Part shown: positions 24,951-32,000 of the stretch, piece after piece
Layout: every line of letters starts with the position of its first letter
How positions within the stretch are numbered: the stretch's first letter is position 1
Assembly: GCF_003945235.1 (NCBI RefSeq)
Contig: NZ_RSDW01000001.1
Coordinates: forward strand, 5,250,001-5,282,000
Origin: Edaphobacter aggregans
GTDB lineage: Bacteria; Acidobacteriota; Terriglobia; Terriglobales; Acidobacteriaceae
DNA length: 32,000 nucleotides
Direction: 5' to 3'
Notes under the pieces: model-generated
The model's input: the letters and a program-made list of their open reading frames with translations, nothing else
Told to the model about the DNA's origin: nothing
The model's database searches: none
Position numbers and translations under genes: made by a program

Positions 24951-25958
24951 ATGTCGTCATTGGAGACTTCAGTGTGGAAACCACCTCGCCCGCGCGCGGA
25001 AATATTGCCAGCGACTGTTGAGCAAGCGGCGGAATATATGACGTGGTTCGTCAATCGACGGGCCTACACCCGGCAAACCGATCGGTCGGATGAAAAGTCG
25101 GGAAAGTACTTCTTCTACCAGGCGCGGGATCGTCAGACAAAAGAGCGGCTGGCGCTCGACGAGCAGGTTGTGCAGAAGCACCTGGCTGGAGAACAAACCA
25201 TCGGGCTCTATGCCATCAACCCCATGACGCAATGCTCAAAATGGGTCGCGATCGACGCCGATTACGAGGGCGCCTACCGCGATCTGCGGACCCTCAAATG
25301 GGAGCTTGAACAGGATGGAGTTCACGCCATCGTGGAGATGTCCCGCCGGGGTGCGCACCTGTGGATTCTCTGCGCCGAGCCCCTGCCGGCAAGACTTTGC
25401 CGTATCTATATATATAACCTCGCCCTCCGGCTGGATGTTCCTATCAAAGGGGCATTCAAGCAGGTGGACGGGATCGAGGTCTTTCCCCGCCAGGACGAAT
25501 TGGGAGCTGACGAGTTTGGGAATGCGATACGAGCTCCCCTTGGCATCCATCGAGCCAACATGCACCGCTATTGGTTTGAGGATGCTGCAAGCGGTCTCGG
25601 GGAACAACTCGAATACCTCCGTTCGGTAAAGCGCCTCACCGGGTCGGAACTTGAGAGCTTTACTGATGGCCTGTCGATTCCCGAATCGGTCACCAGCCGG
25701 CCGGTGATCGAGCGCCCGCAGTATGACACCAGCCAGGGCGGCTTTCAGATCCTGCAGCATGTCAAGGTTCGAGCCAAGCGGAGCGGCAACTACTGGGCGC
25801 AATGCCCGTCCTGCGCCAGCCAGGGCCGGGACCGGGCGATGGACAATCTAGCCATTTCGATTGCAGACCCTCGCTATTACAAATGCTGGGCCGGATGCAC
25901 CCGGGAGATGATCCGCGAGGCGTTGGGTCAGCCCATCCCCATACGCAGACACCGATAA
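24951..25958 (+). CDS. Archaeo-eukaryotic primase (AEP) superfamily primase-polymerase with a C-terminal zinc ribbon
   Basis: GGAGG lies 7 nt upstream of the ATG. AEP motifs are present: HLAGEQTIGLYAINP, WVAIDADYEG (DxD), EMSRRGAHLWIL (sGxGxH) and EVFPRQDELGADEFGNAIRAPLGIH. The C-terminus is CPSCASQGRDRAMDNLAISIADPRYYKCWAGC. Confidence 0.75.
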   Translation: MSSLETSVWKPPRPRAEILPATVEQAAEYMTWFVNRRAYTRQTDRSDEKSGKYFFYQARDRQTKERLALDEQVVQKHLAGEQTIGLYAINPMTQCSKWVAIDADYEGAYRDLRTLKWELEQDGVHAIVEMSRRGAHLWILCAEPLPARLCRIYIYNLALRLDVPIKGAFKQVDGIEVFPRQDELGADEFGNAIRAPLGIHRANMHRYWFEDAASGLGEQLEYLRSVKRLTGSELESFTDGLSIPESVTSRPVIERPQYDTSQGGFQILQHVKVRAKRSGNYWAQCPSCASQGRDRAMDNLAISIADPRYYKCWAGCTREMIREALGQPIPIRRHR

Positions 25959-25972
25959 CAAGAGGAGGGAGC

Positions 25973-26602
25973 GTGAAAGACAGTCGGCTTACAACCATGG
26001 CACGCCGCGGGCTCACTTTTCCTGCAGAGACCCGAGAGCAGATTCGAAAGACAGGGATCCGCTGCCGACCGCAACTTGAGATCGTTTACCAGCAACGTGC
26101 CAATGAATGGAAGTTGCGGGGCGAGGAATCAGGCGGTGCGGTTGCGGACCTTGGTCACTATGTTGGGTTCGTCGGCAGGGAAGGCCAGACGTTGCCCTGG
26201 CTGCAGCGAGTGCAGAACTTCATTCCGAACGGTGTCCACGCTGTTGTGGTCGACGCAACACTGATTCGAGTGGAGATGTTTCGCTACGAGCAAACGTACG
26301 ACTTATTGATCACGTGTCACTCGCTCGATGGTGCGGAGCGAAAGCGCCCCGAATTGAGGAGCCAAATTTTATTTCTGGGCCGTAATGGCACGCTCGAAAC
26401 GGAGCTGTGGGGCAAAGACGCAGCGTTTCGTGGTGGCGCCATGCCCCACTTTTTTACGCGAAGCGGCGAACAAGGGCTCCCGGGTGGGCCTTGGATCGAG
26501 GTTACCCTCAAGATCACCGAAGCAGTCTGCTGCACCGGATGCCGCCATTGTCATCTGCTGGAAGCGGGGACACCAAGACACGCGCTTGAGGTGCCAGCAT
26601 GA
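25973..26602 (+). CDS. Hypothetical protein with a C-terminal Cys/His cluster (CCTGCRHCH)
   Basis: The GTG at 25973 follows GGAGGGA; an ATG at 25997 is the alternative. The listed start at 25802 would overlap the primase gene by ~150 nt. No family recognised. Confidence 0.5.
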   Translation: MKDSRLTTMARRGLTFPAETREQIRKTGIRCRPQLEIVYQQRANEWKLRGEESGGAVADLGHYVGFVGREGQTLPWLQRVQNFIPNGVHAVVVDATLIRVEMFRYEQTYDLLITCHSLDGAERKRPELRSQILFLGRNGTLETELWGKDAAFRGGAMPHFFTRSGEQGLPGGPWIEVTLKITEAVCCTGCRHCHLLEAGTPRHALEVPA

Positions 26603-26838
26603 TGGCGCTGACGGCGGCGTCACTTAGCGCCGATTGGTGGCCTCTCGAACGGATGCTAGGCTCACCTCGTTGTGTTGATTTCATGTTCATGGGACGCGCC
26701 GAACAGATTCATCTGTACAAACACAGAGACACGAGACGGTATCTCAACATCGCTCTGGACGGGACATGCTTTCGCTACTCGGCTCACGGCTATGAGCCGA
26801 TCGGGCTGGAGGAGGCGATCGAGCACGTCTTCCATTGA
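26599..26838 (+). CDS. Small hypothetical protein
   Basis: ATGATG/TGA overlap with the upstream gene. The sequence IHLYKHRDTRRYLNIALDG looks like a conserved small-protein core, but I cannot name a family. Confidence 0.45.
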   Translation: MMALTAASLSADWWPLERMLGSPRCVDFMFMGRAEQIHLYKHRDTRRYLNIALDGTCFRYSAHGYEPIGLEEAIEHVFH

Positions 26839-26895
26839 GGATCGGTAAAGCTTCACGCCGGAACGACAAAGGCGTGGGAATAGGAGAAAGCAATC

Positions 26896-27354
26896 ATGGC
26901 AAAGAGTGTCAATAAGGTAATCCTGCTCGGAAACGTCGGGAAGGACCCCGAAATCAGATCGACGACGGGCGGTACGCTCGTCGCAAGCCTGTCTTTGGCA
27001 ACCAGCGAACGGTACAAGGATAAAGGTGGCGAGTGGCAGGAGCGCACGGAGTGGCACAACCTTGTGAGTTATGCGCGGGGAGCCGAGATTCTTCGTGACT
27101 GCGTGAAGAAGGGAGCCAAACTCTTCGTTGAGGGACGCATCACGACGCGCTCCTGGGACGACAAGGAAACTGGCAAGAAAGCCTATCGAACCGAGATCGT
27201 CGTCAGTGAGATCAGCTTGTTGTCGCCGGCGGATGGATCCAATGGCCGTCCCGCGAGCAGCGGTCGTGCCTCGAAGAATGGGACAAACCGGACCAGCGAA
27301 CCCGAAAACGACTTCGGGGGCGTCGGTATTACGGACGACGACATTCCATTTTGA
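26896..27354 (+). CDS. ssb: Single-stranded DNA-binding protein
   Basis: AGGAG RBS upstream. The OB-fold N-terminus is canonical (VNKVILLGNVGKDPEIRSTTGGTLVASLSLATSERYKDKGGEWQERTEWHNLV). A Gly/Ser/Pro-rich linker follows. The acidic tip ends in DDDIPF. Confidence 0.95.
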   Translation: MAKSVNKVILLGNVGKDPEIRSTTGGTLVASLSLATSERYKDKGGEWQERTEWHNLVSYARGAEILRDCVKKGAKLFVEGRITTRSWDDKETGKKAYRTEIVVSEISLLSPADGSNGRPASSGRASKNGTNRTSEPENDFGGVGITDDDIPF

Positions 27355-27487
27355 AAATGGTTCGAGTGCCGCTCAGTCTCTCTCTGATGCGGGTACTGCT
27401 TCGGCTTAGCCAAAGTACAAACCCGCTCACACTTCTACGGAATCGCCACGCGCGATTCTCTTCAAACTTCTGACAAGAAGGTGAATC

Positions 27488-28399
27488 ATGGAAACAAATA
27501 CGCAAGAGATTGCTGACGTGTTGCTGCGTCTCCAGGAGCCATTCGACCCAGATGAGGTCAAATGGCTTGTGGCCGCTACGTCCAGAGACGGCCGCAAAGG
27601 TCGTGTCACTCCGTATGCCAATCCCCGTGCTTACACGGACAGGCTGAACGACGTTCTCACTGCGAGTGGATGGACCCGGCAATACGCAATCCACACCATT
27701 TCGCCTGTAACCAGGCTCAAGAAAGACAAGGCGATTCAGACGGGAAAGGTGCTGGTGACTTGCACCGTGACAATCGCTGGCATCGGGAGCCACAGCGGCA
27801 GCGGCGAGGAGTGGGCCGATGACGAGAACGCAATGACCAGCGCGGAGGCTCAGGCCTTCAAACGTGCGTGCTCGTGCTTCGGACTCGGCCGGTACTTCTA
27901 CAACTTTGCCGAGATGTGGGTTGATCTGAACGAGAATAAGCAGCCCACGAGGGTTCCAAGCCTACCAGCCTGGGCGCTTCCGAAGAACCGAGCGTCGGCA
28001 CCGCAGCAGAATGCAAGCGGGAAGCCGGAGCAGCGGCCAAGATCCTCCTCGGCTCTTGTAAAGGGTCCTCTTGATGCCAGCGTCACCGCAAAGATCGAGG
28101 GGCATCGCCAGGAACTTGGCCAGGCTCTCTATCAGAGCATTCTGACGATGGTTGCGCAGGTGCGTTCCGCTCGCGATATCCCCATCCAGCACCTACAACA
28201 GAGCGTGCTGAACTGGATGGAGAGCGCCACACGGGGAATGGCTCAAGTACGGAAGATTGCAGCCGAGATCCCGGAGACAACGTTCTACTCCATACTCGAT
28301 CGTCACGGTGTCCAGTCTCTTGCCGAGGTGCCAAATTTTGGTGTTCTCAAGAGGCTGGTAGACGAGGTGCAGGCCGCTCCGCACGAGTCGGCGGCCTGA
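27488..28399 (+). CDS. Rad52/Rad22-type single-strand annealing protein with a long C-terminal extension
   Basis: The N-terminal ~150 aa match recalled Rad52-family blocks: FDPDEVKW..., VTPYANPRAYTDRLNDVLTASGW, and SAEAQAFKRACSCFGLGRYFYNF. The remaining ~150 aa have no recognised family. Confidence 0.7.
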   Translation: METNTQEIADVLLRLQEPFDPDEVKWLVAATSRDGRKGRVTPYANPRAYTDRLNDVLTASGWTRQYAIHTISPVTRLKKDKAIQTGKVLVTCTVTIAGIGSHSGSGEEWADDENAMTSAEAQAFKRACSCFGLGRYFYNFAEMWVDLNENKQPTRVPSLPAWALPKNRASAPQQNASGKPEQRPRSSSALVKGPLDASVTAKIEGHRQELGQALYQSILTMVAQVRSARDIPIQHLQQSVLNWMESATRGMAQVRKIAAEIPETTFYSILDRHGVQSLAEVPNFGVLKRLVDEVQAAPHESAA

Positions 28400-28422
28400 C
28401 ACGGTGTAATTAGCAAGCCGAG

Positions 28423-28452
28423 GGGATGCGATACATCGCATCCCTTTTTCTT
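28423..28452 (+). terminator. Rho-independent terminator after the Rad52-like gene
   Basis: Perfect 9-bp stem GGGATGCGA (28423-31) / TCGCATCCC (28436-44) with loop TACA. It is followed directly by TTTTTCTT and lies 24 nt after the stop at 28399. Confidence 0.8.
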
Positions 28453-28467
28453 GTTCTGAGGTCAGCC

Positions 28468-28710
28468 ATGAAATTCATCCAGTGCTCGATGTGCAGGCGG
28501 GCAGCGGCCTGGGTGATCGACAAAGAAGTGTTTTGTGAGGGCCACAAAGAACTCGTCATCGAGACCTTCGGAGTCGATCACTTTTCGATCCATCGACTCA
28601 CGAACGAAGATGACGCGTTCGCTATCGGTGGCCGCTTCCTAAAACCGAAACCCATAGGAAAAGTGGCGACAACGCCTCTTGGAGGTGCCGCTCGATGCCG
28701 AAAGTCGTAG
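28468..28710 (+). CDS. Small hypothetical Cys-containing protein
   Basis: The ATG at 28468 follows GAGG. The listed start at 28426 lies inside the terminator stem and was rejected. It carries CSMC ... C.GH, a possible zinc-binding site. Confidence 0.4.
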   Translation: MKFIQCSMCRRAAAWVIDKEVFCEGHKELVIETFGVDHFSIHRLTNEDDAFAIGGRFLKPKPIGKVATTPLGGAARCRKS

Positions 28711-28928
28711 AAATCCGCACGGAGCCTGCGATCTGCAGTATTCCGCTGCCCCAGGCAATCTATTGCGAAACTTGCAACACGATCTCGAACTCACGAGCTT
28801 ATCGCTGCGGTGTTTGCGGGAGTGAAGCGGTTCCGCGGGTAGAACCGATCCTCAACCCCGAGCCTAATCTTCCGAGCCGAGCTTCACTCTCTATTCGATT
28901 CTCTCTACTCCACGCGGTCGGAGCTTAG
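28695..28928 (+). CDS. Small zinc-ribbon protein
   Basis: GGAGG lies 9 nt upstream of the ATG. It has two CxxC pairs (CETC ... CGVC). It overlaps the upstream ORF by 16 nt. Confidence 0.45.
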   Translation: MPKVVEIRTEPAICSIPLPQAIYCETCNTISNSRAYRCGVCGSEAVPRVEPILNPEPNLPSRASLSIRFSLLHAVGA

Positions 28929-28976
28929 CCGGCGAGCGTCAACCGACAACTCACGTCAACTTGCGAGGGTGCATCT

Positions 28977-29183
28977 ATGCCTCTATATGCCCGTTCACGT
29001 CCAGGTACCAAGCCGTCCTTCTGGCGCGGTTATCACAACGCTCAATTCAAAGTTGCCTCGTCTTGCATGAGGTCAGTTGCTTCCGGAGTCGTGCGCGAAG
29101 CCAGCATTCAGGAATTGATTGCTGATTTCGAGAAAAGGAAGACACCGGCTGCTGCTCATTTTGTGAGCATCGCTAGCCGCTAA
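28977..29183 (+). CDS. Small hypothetical ORF (weak)
   Basis: GAGGG lies 7 nt upstream of the ATG. No family recognised. Confidence 0.3.
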   Translation: MPLYARSRPGTKPSFWRGYHNAQFKVASSCMRSVASGVVREASIQELIADFEKRKTPAAAHFVSIASR

Positions 29184-29207
29184 CGGTGGCCGTCCAAACT
29201 CTGCGGT

Positions 29208-29237
29208 GAGATCAGGGATCCTGCTCTTCCTGATCTC
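29208..29237. terminator. Hairpin between convergent genes (possible bidirectional terminator; no U-tract)
   Basis: Perfect 9-bp inverted repeat GAGATCAGG (29208-16) / CCTGATCTC (29229-37) with a 12-nt loop. It lies 5 nt beyond the SRAP stop codon (29243-45, minus strand) and 24 nt after the + strand ORF ending at 29183. Confidence 0.45.
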
Positions 29238-29242
29238 AACCT

Positions 29243-29962
29243 CTATAAAGGAGCGTCATCGAAGAGGCTCGGTTCTTTTGGCGTCGTCGATTGTTCCTCG
29301 AGGAGTTCGGGAGAATCATTGCGAACATTTCCAATTCGTTTGTCGACTTCCCACGCTGTCATCTGGTCGGCTTCATATGGTCGAAGCAGGTCCATAGGTA
29401 TTTGCGAGGAGTCAACGTCAAGCCAGCGGCTGTAGTCACGCTCGGGAAGAATCACCGGCATCCGGTTGTGTAGTGGTTCGACGACCGCGTTCGGATCGGT
29501 GGTAATGACGGTAAAAGTGAGCAGTTCTGCACCTGCAGCCTTATCGTGCCAACGTTCCGATAAACCCGCGAAGCCATATGGCTCACCAGATTTCAATGCG
29601 ATAGCAAAGGGTTTCTTGGTCTTGGCATCGATCTTTTGCCATTCCAGGAAGGCGTCGGCCGGAACCAGACATCGCCTTCTCTTGAATGCTTCGCGGAATG
29701 AGGGAGCGGTTGCGACCGTCTCGGCCTTGGCATTGATGGTTGAGAGGCCGATTTGCGGGCCTTTCGCCCAGTATGGGATAAGACCCCAACGCATCATCAC
29801 GATCTCGCGCTCGCGAGTATCGCGATTGAGGCGGACGATGGGCTGAAAGGTTTGCGGTGCTACGTTCCACGAAGGACCGAAGTCAGGCACGGACGGACCA
29901 TAGACATGGAAGTGCTCCGCGATGCGTTGCTTATCGGAGCGTCTGACGTAGCGGCCACACAT
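29243..29962 (-). CDS. SOS response-associated peptidase (SRAP/YedK family) abasic-site processing protein
   Basis: The invariant N-terminus MCGRY is present, along with NVAPQ, MRWGLIPYWAK, PADAFLEW and LHNRMPVIL. Confidence 0.9.
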   Translation of the reverse strand: MCGRYVRRSDKQRIAEHFHVYGPSVPDFGPSWNVAPQTFQPIVRLNRDTREREIVMMRWGLIPYWAKGPQIGLSTINAKAETVATAPSFREAFKRRRCLVPADAFLEWQKIDAKTKKPFAIALKSGEPYGFAGLSERWHDKAAGAELLTFTVITTDPNAVVEPLHNRMPVILPERDYSRWLDVDSSQIPMDLLRPYEADQMTAWEVDKRIGNVRNDSPELLEEQSTTPKEPSLFDDAPL

Positions 29963-30337
29963 GAGGACAGTTTAGCGTGTGAGTGTCTGAACCGGATCAG
30001 TTTGACCGAGAGTGAACTCCGTGGAATAACACATTCAGTCGATGCGGGGGGATGCATTGGTGTCCACAACTCTATTTCCCGGTGGATGGTCGGGAACCAT
30101 TCCCTAGTCCGACAACATCCGGATAGCCCGTGACTCGGCCCGCAATCAGAACCGCCGCAAGCGAGACGATCGCGGGCGCTCTCAGGACTGACGTAAGAAC
30201 TTGAATGTTGCCCTGCGCACAGTCATTTGATCTAGATCGATCTGGCGAATCGAAGGCCATAGAAGTGCCCGCGACTCACCTGGATCACGCCTGCTCGGAA
30301 TTATCGGGCGAAAAGAAGGATTCAGAAGTCTTCAGGA

Positions 30338-30862
30338 TTATCGTCTGAATCTCCCGGCGAGGGCCGAGTACATCGTGCCGCCAAACAGCGAGGGCCGTGT
30401 CGCCAATCTCTCCACGCGCTCCACTCCTGCCTCGCTGAAGAGTTGGCGGAGTCTTTCGAAGCCGACCGGATATGGTCCCCATCTATTCGGCCTGGGTCGT
30501 TCATACTCCACGATCAAAAAGCAATCTGCCACAGACACAAGCCTTCTCAGCAATGCCTGCTGCTCTTGAATGAAGTGCAGTGTATTTGCCATGAGAATTC
30601 CGTCGACCGGTGGGAGACGGAGGCTTGAGCTCTGCAGATCCCCAACGATCTTACGAATCTCCACTCCATCGTGCTGGTCTGGAATTCCCTCCAGAGTTCT
30701 CCGGTCCAAATCGACTGCATAGATCGTGCTGCCGGGAGCCAGTAACTGAGCCAGAGCCACCGTGAATGTTCCGCTTCCTGAACCAAGATCACACCATGAT
30801 TGAGGTCGCGCCCATTCAATGAGTGGGGTACGAATGAGCGCCGTAGCCTCAGTGATCTTCAT
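30338..30862 (-). CDS. Class I SAM-dependent methyltransferase
   Basis: Motif I is WCDLGSGSGTFTVALAQ. An acidic residue ends beta-2 (IYAVDLD). Motif IV-like DGILMANTLHF is present. Substrate unknown. Confidence 0.75.
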   Translation of the reverse strand: MKITEATALIRTPLIEWARPQSWCDLGSGSGTFTVALAQLLAPGSTIYAVDLDRRTLEGIPDQHDGVEIRKIVGDLQSSSLRLPPVDGILMANTLHFIQEQQALLRRLVSVADCFLIVEYERPRPNRWGPYPVGFERLRQLFSEAGVERVERLATRPSLFGGTMYSALAGRFRR

Positions 30863-31055
30863 CTATTGACGGTACTTCAATAGGCGGGGTACCCGGCGTG
30901 GGCGGGAGGTGTGCCTCAATAAGTGAATTGGCGATTTCGCGTCGATTGAGAACAGACAACACCGGCGATCTCCCGTACGTTTGATTTTGTTCGACACTTT
31001 TTTAGGCTTAGGGGACAACTGAGACTCAGTTGGTAATAGCAGAGGGGCAACTGCC

Positions 31056-32000
31056 TTAGTTGTCCAGCAACCCCGTCTTCTTCACAATTTCGGTAAAGCG
31101 CGGGTCGCTGCGCATCGGGTCGAAGATGGGGTCGAGTCTCATAAAGTAGGTTCTGGTGTTCCAGTTCACATTGGCGGCCAAGTCAAGCTCGGCCAGTCCG
31201 GCATCGTGATCACCGATGAGGTATCGCGCGACCGCCGAGTGAGGATTGACCATCGAGGGGTTGGCGTTCAATATCTTGCGGGCCTCCGTGAAGTTGCCCT
31301 CGCGCGCGTAAATCAAGGCTTGGATTGCCGGACTCATCAGACCACTCTTTCGGTAAGCGTCTTCGGCTTCACGAAAGTGACCGGTCTCCACGAGGTCTTT
31401 GGCTAGCGTGAGGTAGCTGGGCAGATGGTTGGGTTCGAGTTCGAGAGCCCGCTGCACAATCACGAGCGACTCGTCGAACCGGTGTGTCACATAGAGGATG
31501 GCGGCGTAGTAGCGCAAGCAGTAGACGGCGACGGGGTTGTTTTCTGCCATCTCTCGGCTGATACGAACGGCCTCATCGCCACGGCCTTTTTCGGTAAGGA
31601 GGAGAGCCAGATAGGTTGTGGCGTAAGGATTGTTGCTATCAAGCTCGATAGCCCGGCGCAGCGCGATCTCTCCCTCGTTCCAGCGGCGGGCCTGCATAAG
31701 TGAGTGACCGAGAGCCGTATACGCCTCTGACGAGGAGGGGTCGAGACTTACTGCCTTCTGAGAGTAGGCGAGTGCTTTCGCAGAGTTTTCCTTGTTGCCG
31801 CTTCCCTGTATGCCTCCAAACACACCATCAACGCCCCAAGCCTCGCCGAGAATGCCGTATGCAGCTGCAAAGTTAGGGTCGAGCTGGATCGCATGCTCGA
31901 GGTGAGGGATCGCCTTGCCGGGTTGTTCCTGGCCGATGAAGAATCGGCCGCGAAGATATTCGTCATGAGCCTCGGGATTGATGCGGCTCTCCAATTTGAG
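31056..32000 (-). CDS. Tetratricopeptide-repeat protein, N-terminus beyond the window edge
   Basis: The frame stays open to base 32000, and the listed first residue is a TTG codon. The protein has repeated 34-aa A/Y/L-patterned units (AIQLDPNFAAAYGILGEAW, AVSLDPSSSEAYTALGHSL, AIELDSNNPYATTYLALLL, ALELEPNHLPSYLTLAKDL). Confidence 0.8.
   Translation of the reverse strand, partial: LKLESRINPEAHDEYLRGRFFIGQEQPGKAIPHLEHAIQLDPNFAAAYGILGEAWGVDGVFGGIQGSGNKENSAKALAYSQKAVSLDPSSSEAYTALGHSLMQARRWNEGEIALRRAIELDSNNPYATTYLALLLTEKGRGDEAVRISREMAENNPVAVYCLRYYAAILYVTHRFDESLVIVQRALELEPNHLPSYLTLAKDLVETGHFREAEDAYRKSGLMSPAIQALIYAREGNFTEARKILNANPSMVNPHSAVARYLIGDHDAGLAELDLAANVNWNTRTYFMRLDPIFDPMRSDPRFTEIVKKTGLLDN

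Noticed and set aside
25802-25972. Upstream extension of the 25973 ORF (listed start at 25802)
   Set aside because: It would overlap the primase-polymerase gene by ~150 nt in another frame, and the extension is Pro/Gly/Arg-rich. A GTG with a strong GGAGGGA RBS lies right after the primase stop.
31010-31065. Cluster of inverted and direct repeats at the TPR gene stop: the palindrome CAACTGAG-A-CTCAGTTG at 31016-31032, AGGGGACAACTG / AGGGGCAACTG, and GGACAACT / AGTTGTCC
   Set aside because: This is probably just a terminator-like structure for the minus-strand TPR gene. However, the T-run is on the wrong side for a canonical intrinsic terminator, and part of the repeat is coding. I could not assign a function.

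Overview
This window reads as a GC-rich (by eye, not computed), densely coding piece of a conjugative plasmid or ICE. Positions 1-18.7 kb hold a + strand type IV secretion (T4SS) cluster: virB10 (5' partial), an array of VirB2-like pilin modules spread over three genes, virB3, virB4, two virB5/trbJ-like paralogs, virB6, virB8, virB9, a VirD4/TraD-type coupling ATPase, and a replication-relaxation-family protein. Next comes a minus-strand block of ordinary cargo or metabolic genes (19.1-23.2 kb): a short AraC-type HTH, a DUF4331-like protein, an enoyl-CoA hydratase, an SDR and a VOC/glyoxalase. A ~1.2 kb poorly coding, visibly A/T-richer gap follows. Then a + strand ssDNA replication/recombination module (24.4-29.2 kb) carries an AEP primase-polymerase, SSB, a Rad52-type annealing protein and small Zn-ribbon ORFs. 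The window ends with SRAP, a SAM methyltransferase and a partial TPR protein on the minus strand. I could not support any rRNA, complete tRNA, CRISPR array, transposase, integrase or canonical relaxase. The most unusual item is an 809-aa ORF (10773-13202) between virB8 and virB9. Its ordered motif series, ending in GGDYDFD, matches from memory the eukaryote-type (QDE-1/RDR) double-psi-barrel RNA polymerase family. A 77-nt interrupted hairpin with 23 bp of pairing lies just upstream of it. Other points worth a second look are five or six VirB2-like modules including tandem-fused pilins, three phased ~30-bp palindromic repeats upstream of the pilin operon, tandem VirB5 paralogs, a leading-region-like ssb/rad52/primpol block, and a 9-residue motif shared by two otherwise unrelated small ORFs. 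All homology calls come from reading the translations and recalled family motifs; no searches were run.
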